The notes under the pieces: generated by a model
The model's input: only the letters and a program-made list of their open reading frames with translations
Databases searched by the model: none
What the model was told of the DNA's origin: nothing
Shown: positions 26,347 through 32,000 of the stretch, piece by piece
How positions within the stretch are numbered: position 1 is the stretch's first letter
Layout: the number at the start of each line of letters is the position of its first letter
Assembly (NCBI RefSeq): GCF_000025685.1
Contig: NC_013967.1
Coordinates: 960,001 to 992,000 of the forward strand
Origin: Haloferax volcanii DS2
GTDB taxonomy: Archaea; Halobacteriota; Halobacteria; Halobacteriales; Haloferacaceae
Length of the DNA stretch: 32,000 bases
Direction of reading: 5' to 3'
Made by a program: the position numbers and the translations under genes

Positions 26347-26513
26347 TGTTGGCTTCGGTATCGACGAGAGCCACGGTGCGAGCGCACCCGGATGGCGATA
26401 CCTGTGTTCATGTACGAGTTCGAGGCTTATATGGCCTCCCCTTCTCGGTAGGCGAGAGCAACAAAGTCGGCGTCGGGCCGCTGTCCGGCGGTCTGTCGGG
26501 GTCGCTCCCGGGG

Positions 26514-26858
26514 TCAGTTCGCGCCGGTCAGCGTCGCTTCGAGGTCGCCGCGCTCGTCGAGTTCTTCGAGGATGTCGCTGCCGCCGACGAACTCGCCGTC
26601 GACGAACGTCTGGGGGATGGTCTCCCAGTCGCTTTTCTCCTTGAGCGCCTCGCGGTAGTGCGGGAGCGCGGGCAGCACGTCGACGGTTTCGAACTCGTCG
26701 ACGTACTGGGAGATGAGGTCGACCGCCTTCGCGGAGTAGCCGCACTGCGGCATCAGGCGGTTGCCCTTCATGAACAGGACGACGCGGTTGTCAGCGACGG
26801 CCTCGTCGACGCGGGTCTGCACTTCTTCGGGGTCCAAACTCTCCGGTTGGAACGTCAT
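26514..26858 (-). CDS. Monothiol (class II, Grx4/5-type) glutaredoxin
   Basis: Internal ATG (complement of 26856-26858) gives MTFQPESLDPEEVQTRVDEAVADNRVVLFMKGNRLMPQCGYSAKAV...WETIPQTFVDGEFVGGSDIL. CGYS is a CGFS-type active site, and the TIPQ and GG(S/C)D motifs are present. 114 aa. Confidence 0.88.
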   Translation of the reverse strand: MTFQPESLDPEEVQTRVDEAVADNRVVLFMKGNRLMPQCGYSAKAVDLISQYVDEFETVDVLPALPHYREALKEKSDWETIPQTFVDGEFVGGSDILEELDERGDLEATLTGAN

Positions 26859-26941
26859 GCACCCAGATAACGGCCGGGCGGACAAAGGAGTTGCGTCGCG
26901 GTCAATCCGGAACCGACGAACCGTCCCGACCGAGCCGACGC

Positions 26942-27574
26942 TTACTGCTCGCCGACGCGGACGACGTTGATGAGGGAGTGGACGGGGACGCCGTCGATTT
27001 CCTCGACGCCCTGTTTGTCGACGATGACCACGCACGCGAGGGGTTCGCCGCCCTCCGAGCGGATGGCGTCGATGGTCTCGCGGAGCGTCGTACCGCTCGT
27101 CACCGTGTCGTCGACGATGAAGCAGTCGCGGCCCTCGACGGGCGAGAAGTTCCGGGAGAAGCCGCCGCCGAGGTCTTCGAGGTCGCCTTCGTCCCACTGG
27201 TGTTTCGCGGGCGAGTACGCGCCGAGCGTCGTTTCGAGTTCGCGCGAGACGGAGGTCGCAAGCGGGACGCCCGCTTTCTCGATGCCGACGGTCACGTCGG
27301 CCTCGCCGTTCGTCTCCATGAGGAGGTCGGCGAGCGCGCGCCCGACGTAGGTGAGGCGCTTGCCGCCGCTCCCGATGGCGTTCCAGTCGACGTGGATGTC
27401 GTCGGGGCCTTCGGGCTCCGCACGGGGTTCGGGTTCGGTCGCCGCGCCGCTTCGTTCGACCAGCCAGCTGGCGGTCTCGCGGGAGACGTTCAGTTCGTCG
27501 GCAATCTCGCCTTTCGAGAGGCCGCGGTCCGCGAGCTCAGCCGCGCTGGCGATGAGGTCGTCGACGTTCTTCAT
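26942..27574 (-). CDS. gfcR: PyrE2-like (orotate phosphoribosyltransferase-fold) transcription regulator with an N-terminal HTH; GfcR-type sugar catabolism regulator
   Basis: 210 aa. The N-terminus MKNVDDLIASAAELADRGLSKGEIADELNVSRETASWLVER is an HTH. The C-terminus carries the PRTase PRPP loop CFIVDDTVTSGTT. Its ATG (27574-27572) overlaps the gdh stop (27573-27571) as ATGA. The same architecture and the same position next to gdh are described for Haloferax volcanii GfcR. Confidence 0.85.
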   Translation of the reverse strand: MKNVDDLIASAAELADRGLSKGEIADELNVSRETASWLVERSGAATEPEPRAEPEGPDDIHVDWNAIGSGGKRLTYVGRALADLLMETNGEADVTVGIEKAGVPLATSVSRELETTLGAYSPAKHQWDEGDLEDLGGGFSRNFSPVEGRDCFIVDDTVTSGTTLRETIDAIRSEGGEPLACVVIVDKQGVEEIDGVPVHSLINVVRVGEQ

Positions 27575-28644
27575 ACAGTACCGAATTCGATGGCGGTTTT
27601 TATAGTGGTGTCGTCGTCTTCGAATGCTGCTTCGAACTCCGAAAGCGGGTGGACGCCGGTGACGAGGTCGCGGAGGAACCACCGCGGAAGCTTGGTGAAC
27701 GTCACGGTCGCGGCCTCGAAGTGCTTGACGTGGGAGTTGACGCTGCCGACGAGCGCCTTGTTGTGGAGCACCATCTCGCGGTGGAACGCGCCGGCGTCGA
27801 CCTCGAACTCCCAGTCGCTCGGGACGCCGAGGAGCGCGGCCACGCCGTTCGGCGCGAGCGCCTGCACCGACTGGATGGCGTGTTTGGGGAAGCCGGTCGC
27901 CTCGTAGATGAAGTCCATGTCCTCGTGTGCGCCCGGAATCTCTTCGACCGGCGTCTCGCGGGAGTCGACGTAGGTCGCGCCGAGCTTCTCGATGATGTCG
28001 ATAGTCGGGTCCGGTCGGTCGCGCCGACCGAGGCAGTAGAGGTCCTCGTAGCCCTTGTCGTCGGCTCTCAACATGGCGAGCGTCAGGAGTCCGAGGCTCC
28101 CGTTGCCGAGGACGAGCGCCGACGAGGGGTTCCAGTCGAACGCCGACCGGCTCGCGTAGGCGTGCTCCCGCGCCTTCTCGGTGATTGAGATGGGCTCGAT
28201 GAGGAAGCCGAGTTCGGCCTGCGAGCGCGGGATGCGGACGAGGTAGTCCGACGGACTCGTGAAGTACTCGGACATGAAGCCGTGCGCGCCGACGATGCCG
28301 CGCTCGGCGTACATCCCGTCGGGGGCCATGTCGGGTTGGTTCTCCTCGAAGTACTCGTTCGTCCCCGACGCCGGTGGGCGGCGGACCGTCGGCACGACGA
28401 TGTCGCCTTCCTCCAGTTCGGTGTCGTTCGGGTCGACGACGACGCCGACCGCCTCGTGGCCGAGCACGAGGTGGTCTTCGCCCTCGGGGAATCCGCCGTG
28501 GCCGCCGGCGATGACCTCGTGGTCCGTTCCGTCCACGCCGACCCGAAGCGTTCGGACCAGCGCCTCCCCGGCGTCGGGTTCCGGTCGCGGCTTCTCGATG
28601 ACGACCGGTTTGTCTTCCCCGCGCTCGACGGCGATTGCTTTCAT
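27571..28644 (-). CDS. gdh: Glucose 1-dehydrogenase (zinc-dependent MDR family)
   Basis: Internal ATG (complement of 28642-28644) gives MKAIAVERGEDKPVVIEKPRPEPDAGEALVRTLRVGVDGTDHEVIAGGHGGFPEGEDHLVLGHEAVGVVV..., 357 aa. From memory this is near-identical to the crystallised Haloferax mediterranei glucose dehydrogenase. GHEAVG is the MDR zinc motif. Confidence 0.93.
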   Translation of the reverse strand: MKAIAVERGEDKPVVIEKPRPEPDAGEALVRTLRVGVDGTDHEVIAGGHGGFPEGEDHLVLGHEAVGVVVDPNDTELEEGDIVVPTVRRPPASGTNEYFEENQPDMAPDGMYAERGIVGAHGFMSEYFTSPSDYLVRIPRSQAELGFLIEPISITEKAREHAYASRSAFDWNPSSALVLGNGSLGLLTLAMLRADDKGYEDLYCLGRRDRPDPTIDIIEKLGATYVDSRETPVEEIPGAHEDMDFIYEATGFPKHAIQSVQALAPNGVAALLGVPSDWEFEVDAGAFHREMVLHNKALVGSVNSHVKHFEAATVTFTKLPRWFLRDLVTGVHPLSEFEAAFEDDDTTIKTAIEFGTV

Positions 28645-28674
28645 ACCTCCACCAACGCACCACCCCACCAAAAG

Positions 28675-28690
28675 ACTTATTCTATAGTGA
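28675..28690 (-). promoter_or_regulatory. TATA-containing promoter element for gdh-gfcR (minus strand CACTATAGAATAAGTC)
   Basis: AT-rich block at 28669-28703 in a GC-rich spacer, about 30-45 nt upstream of the gdh ATG. Confidence 0.5.
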
Positions 28691-28776
28691 GTAAATAATT
28701 CAGCCACGGTGAGCGCCCTGCGTCGTCGTACCAGCCCATGACGAACCGCACTGCGCGGACCAGCCTGTCCAGCCCA

Positions 28777-28840
28777 CCCGTGCCGGCGCTCGCCGCCGAA
28801 CCCGTGCCCGAACCGCGCCGAGGCCGATATCCCGTGCCCG
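28777..28840. repeat. Three direct copies of CCCGTGCC(C)G in the gdh upstream spacer
   Basis: Copies at 28777-28784, 28801-28810 and 28831-28840. The last two are identical 10-mers. Spacings are 24 and 30 bp. Confidence 0.7.
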
Positions 28841-28973
28841 TCGGCTTCTGAGGCGGTCTCGGTTTTCTCCTGACGGTCGCCCGACTCAGCGACGCGTTCG
28901 ACCGACCGCAGAAAAGAGAGCATGTCGATTCGGCGGAGTGACGGCCCGACGGTTCGACGGCCCGACCGGCGGT

Positions 28974-30365
28974 TCAGTTCTCGATGTCGTCGACGAGTTC
29001 GTCCGCGAGACCGACGTACGTCGCGGGCGTGAGCGCGAGCAGTTCCTCGCGAGTCCCCTCGTCCACGTCGAGGTCCGCAAACAGGTCGTGGAAGTCGTCG
29101 AGGGTCACTTCGCGGCCGCGGGTGAGTTCCTTCACTCGCTCGTAGGCCTGCGTGTCGCCCTCGCGGCGGAGAATCGTCTGGACGGCCTCGCCGATGATGG
29201 CCGGCGTGTCGTCGAGTTCGTCGCGCATGACCTGCTCGTTCGGGACGACCTTTCCGAGGCCAGTCTGGGTCTTCTTGTAGCCGATGAGGCAGTGGGCGAA
29301 CGCCGCGCCGATGTTCCGCTTGACCGTGGAGTCCGAGAGGTCGCGCTGGAGGCGCGAGGTCGTCACGTAGTCGGCGAGGAACCTCAGGTCCGCGTTGGCC
29401 TTCGAGAGGTTGCCCTCGGAGTTCTCGAAGTCGATGGGGTTGACCTTGTGCGGCATCGTCGACGAGCCGGTCTCGCCCTCGACGGCCTCCTGTCCCAGAT
29501 AGCGTTCGGAGACGTAGAGCCACGCGTCGCGGTCGAGATCGACGAGGACGTTGTTGACGCCGCGGACGGCGTCGAACAGCGCCGCGAGGTCGTCGCAGGG
29601 GTTGACCTGCGTGGCGAGCGCGGTGTGTTCGAGGCCGAGCGACCCGACGAACTCGCGGGAGAACGCCCGCCAGTCAACGCCGGGGTAGGCGGCGACGTGA
29701 GCCGCGTAGACGCCCGACGCGCCCGCGAGTTTGCCGGCGAGGTCGTCGGACGCGGCCTCGACGCGGGCGAGCGTCCGGCCGAGGCGAGCGGCGTAGACGG
29801 CCATCTCCTTGCCGAACGTCGTCGGCGTCGCGGGTTGGCCGTGGGTTCGCGCGAGCATGGGCACGTCGCGGAACTCCTGTGCGAGCGAGACGAGTTCGTC
29901 TCGCGTGTCGCGGAGTTCGGGCACGAGCACCTCTTCGACCGCGCCCTTCACCATGAGGCGCTGGGCGAGGTTGTTCACGTCCTCGGAGGTGAGGCCGAAG
30001 TGAATCCACGGGTGGACCGACTCGTCGGTCTCGGTGCGGATGAAGTACTCGACGGCCTTCACGTCGTGGTTCGTCGCCGAGAAGCCCGCCGCGCCCTCGA
30101 CTTCGAGTCGTTTCACGAGATCGGCGTCGTCGGCGTCGAACTCCTCGTAGAGCGCCCGGAGGCCGGCGCGCTCGCTCTCGGAGAACGAAAGCGGCGTCGC
30201 GTCGAGGTCGGCGAGCGCGAGGAGGTACTCCGCTTCGACTTCAACGCGGGCGCGCATGAGGGCGGCCTCGCTCACGTGCGGTGCGAGGGGTGCGGTTCGG
30301 GAGGCGTATCGCCCGTCGAGCGGGGACACCGCGTACAGCGGGTCGTGCCGGTCGGCGTCGGTCAT
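28974..30365 (-). CDS. purB: Adenylosuccinate lyase
   Basis: Internal ATG (complement of 30363-30365) gives MTDADRHDPLYAVSPLDGRYASRTAPL..., with fumarate-lyase family motifs (TFGKEMAVY, GSSTMPHKVNPIDFENSEGN). 463 aa. Confidence 0.93.
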   Translation of the reverse strand: MTDADRHDPLYAVSPLDGRYASRTAPLAPHVSEAALMRARVEVEAEYLLALADLDATPLSFSESERAGLRALYEEFDADDADLVKRLEVEGAAGFSATNHDVKAVEYFIRTETDESVHPWIHFGLTSEDVNNLAQRLMVKGAVEEVLVPELRDTRDELVSLAQEFRDVPMLARTHGQPATPTTFGKEMAVYAARLGRTLARVEAASDDLAGKLAGASGVYAAHVAAYPGVDWRAFSREFVGSLGLEHTALATQVNPCDDLAALFDAVRGVNNVLVDLDRDAWLYVSERYLGQEAVEGETGSSTMPHKVNPIDFENSEGNLSKANADLRFLADYVTTSRLQRDLSDSTVKRNIGAAFAHCLIGYKKTQTGLGKVVPNEQVMRDELDDTPAIIGEAVQTILRREGDTQAYERVKELTRGREVTLDDFHDLFADLDVDEGTREELLALTPATYVGLADELVDDIEN

Positions 30366-30478
30366 GTCTGGGTCGTCACGATGGGGGAGGTTAAACGCCG
30401 GGGGTTCGTCGCCGCCGCGGAGGCGATACTTGCGCACATGTATGCCTACTCAGACGCACTCTACGGCTGCGTGTCGTC

Positions 30479-30506
30479 GCATATATACATAATCGAGCAT
30501 ATATTA
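30479..30506. promoter_or_regulatory. Two GCATATAT(A/T)(C/A) boxes 18 bp apart in the divergent purB / purN-purH spacer
   Basis: GCATATATAC at 30479-30488 and GCATATATTA at 30497-30506. These are the only AT-rich elements in the spacer, so they are plausible back-to-back TATA boxes. Confidence 0.5.
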
Positions 30507-30554
30507 CCGTCGAGGACCGCAACCACTTTGAGGGCCGCGAGTCCCCTTTCTCAC

Positions 30555-32000
30555 ATGGTCACCATCGCCGGTCTCGCGAGCAACCGCGGACGAAACCTTC
30601 GCAACATCGCCGACCGCGCCCCCGGCGGGGCGGAACTCGGCGTCGTCGTCTCGAACAGCGCCGACGCGCCCGTCCTCGACTGGGCGGACGAACACGGTAT
30701 CCCCAGCGAAGTCGTCGAACGCGGCGACGACGAGGCCCGCGAGTCCCACGAGGAGCGCATCCTCGACGCCCTCGCGGACTACGACTTCGACCTCGTCTGT
30801 CTCGACGGCTACATGCGCGTGCTCACCTCGACGTTCCTCGACGCCGCGCCGACGACGCTCAACGTCCACCCATCGCTGCTCCCCGCGTTCCCCGGCATGG
30901 ACGCCCACGAACAGGTCCTCGACGCCGGCGTCAAGACGACCGGCTGTACGGTTCACGTCGTCAACGAGGAGGTCGACGCCGGTCCCATCGTCACGCAGGA
31001 GGCCGTCCCGGTGTACACCGACGACGACGCCGACGACCTCAAATCGCGCGTCCTCTACGACGCCGAGTTCAAGGCCTACCCGCGCGCAGTCCGCTGGTTC
31101 GCCGAGGGCCGCGTGACGGTCGAAGACGACTCCGTCACCGTCGAGGGCGACGTCGACGCCGGGTTGCCCGAGCGCCGCGTCACCTCCGAGGACCGCTACG
31201 ACGAACTCCGATACGGCGAGAACCCCCATCAGGACGCCGCGGTCTACGTGGACGAGACGTGCGACGAGGCGTCGGTCGTCGGCGCGCCCCAACTCAACGA
31301 GGGCGCGAAGGGACTCTCGTACAACAACTACAACGACGCCGACGGCGCGCTGAACATCATCAAGGAGTTCGACGAGCCCGCCGCGGCGGTCATCAAGCAC
31401 ACGAACCCCGCCGGCTGTGCCACCGCCGACACGCTCGCTGAAGCCTACGCCGACGCCCTCGCCACCGACCCGATGAGCGCCTTCGGCGGCATCGTCGCGC
31501 TCAACCGCGAGTGCGACGCCGAGACGGCGGAACTCATCATCGACTCGTTCAAAGAAGTCGTCGTCGCGCCCGGCTACACCGACGACGCGCTCGACGTGCT
31601 GACCGAGAAGAAGAACCTTCGCGTCCTCAATGTGGGCGACCTCGGCGAGCGCACCGAGACCTACACCGAGAAGGCGCTCGTCGGCGGGCGGCTCGTTCAG
31701 GAGCGCGACCTCTGGACGCCGACGCTCGAGGACCTCGAAGTCGTCACCGAGACCGAACCCACGGACGAGCAGTTGGAGACGATGCTGTTCGCGTGGACGG
31801 TGCTGAAGCACGTGAAGTCCAACGGCATCCTCTTCGCCAAGGGAACCGAGACGGTCGGCGTCGGCATGGGGCAGGTCTCCCGCGTCGACGCGGTCGAACT
31901 CGCCGCGATGAAGGCCGAGGAACACGCCGAGGGCAAGGACGCGCAGGGTGCCGTCATGGCCTCCGACGCGTTCTTCCCGTTCCCGGACGGCGTGGAGAAG
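30555..32000 (+). CDS. purH: Fusion protein: phosphoribosylglycinamide formyltransferase (PurN) fused to the AICAR transformylase domain of PurH; 3' end beyond the window
   Basis: Absent from the ORF track because it runs off the right edge. Manual translation from the ATG at 30555 gives MVTIAGLASNRGRNLRNIADR...LDGYMRVLTSTFLDAAPTTLNVHPSLLPAFPGMDAHEQVLDAGVKTTGCTVHVVNEEVDAGPIV (PurN motifs). After about residue 210 it reads ...DELRYGENPHQDAAVY...GKGLSYNNYNDADGAL...AVIKHTNPAGCA...MASDAFFPFPDG (AICARFT domain). The frame is open to 32000, and no MGS-like IMP cyclohydrolase domain precedes the AICARFT part. Confidence 0.9.
   Translation, partial: MVTIAGLASNRGRNLRNIADRAPGGAELGVVVSNSADAPVLDWADEHGIPSEVVERGDDEARESHEERILDALADYDFDLVCLDGYMRVLTSTFLDAAPTTLNVHPSLLPAFPGMDAHEQVLDAGVKTTGCTVHVVNEEVDAGPIVTQEAVPVYTDDDADDLKSRVLYDAEFKAYPRAVRWFAEGRVTVEDDSVTVEGDVDAGLPERRVTSEDRYDELRYGENPHQDAAVYVDETCDEASVVGAPQLNEGAKGLSYNNYNDADGALNIIKEFDEPAAAVIKHTNPAGCATADTLAEAYADALATDPMSAFGGIVALNRECDAETAELIIDSFKEVVVAPGYTDDALDVLTEKKNLRVLNVGDLGERTETYTEKALVGGRLVQERDLWTPTLEDLEVVTETEPTDEQLETMLFAWTVLKHVKSNGILFAKGTETVGVGMGQVSRVDAVELAAMKAEEHAEGKDAQGAVMASDAFFPFPDGVEK

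Noticed and set aside
26347-26745. Upstream extensions of the acidic hypothetical gene here, and likewise of the Grx (to 27197) and gfcR (to 28663) ORFs
   Set aside because: All the extensions are Arg-rich and overlap neighbouring genes or spacers. Internal ATGs give products with typical family N-termini and lengths.
28645-29523. N-terminal extension making a 650-aa 'gdh' ORF
   Set aside because: The extension is Arg/Gly/Pro-rich, overlaps the 3' end of purB in a different frame, and crosses the AT-rich promoter. The MKAIAV start reproduces the known 357-aa enzyme length.
30504-31925. 473-aa minus-strand ORF
   Set aside because: Antisense to the PurN-AICARFT fusion, whose motifs (NVHPSLLP, RYGENPHQ, IKHTNP) are unambiguous on the plus strand.
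1-32000. Search for CRISPR arrays, IS elements or terminal inverted repeats, integrases, and rRNA/tRNA genes
   Set aside because: I saw no regularly spaced repeats longer than 10 bp, no transposase- or integrase-like translation in any frame, and no spacer with tRNA or rRNA structure. The only repeats are the short promoter-proximal ones and the tandem CysD-like paralogs reported above.

Overview
This window is high-GC DNA encoding very acidic proteins, which fits a haloarchaeal chromosome, probably Haloferacaceae-like. It is densely packed, with about 34 protein genes and no rRNA, tRNA, CRISPR array, transposase or integrase that I can support. Gene order, left to right: tfb (5' part of the gene only; the rest lies beyond the left edge), gatC-gatA, and two convergent Trk K+ uptake modules (short trkA + trkH; trkH + long trkA). 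Next come an SRPBCC protein, a 319-aa unknown, an FAD oxidoreductase and coaBC. A complete seven-gene Mrp Na+/H+ antiporter operon (mrpA-G, minus strand, ATGA-type overlaps) follows. After it: an ArsR-type HTH gene with a 140-aa unknown, hpt, a DJ-1/PfpI protein, an orphan SRA/YDG-like + HNH nuclease, an HTH-Zn-ribbon regulator and an NDP-sugar nucleotidyltransferase. The last third holds a Dph6-like ATP pyrophosphatase, two tandem CysD-like PP-loop paralogs (one frameshifted), an acidic unknown, a monothiol glutaredoxin, gdh overlapping gfcR, purB, and a PurN-AICARFT fusion that runs off the right edge. Most of this is housekeeping. The parts most worth a second look are: (1) the SRA-like/HNH nuclease, which has visibly atypical codon usage and looks like a single-gene type IV restriction insertion. 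(2) The tandem CysD-like genes, with no CysN in the window, a 1-nt frameshift in one copy, and neighbouring PP-loop, glutaredoxin and unknown genes. (3) The AT-rich regulatory islands with short repeats at mrp/arsR, gdh and purB/purNH. The many long Arg/Gly/Asp-rich ORFs in the track are antisense or off-frame artefacts of the GC content.
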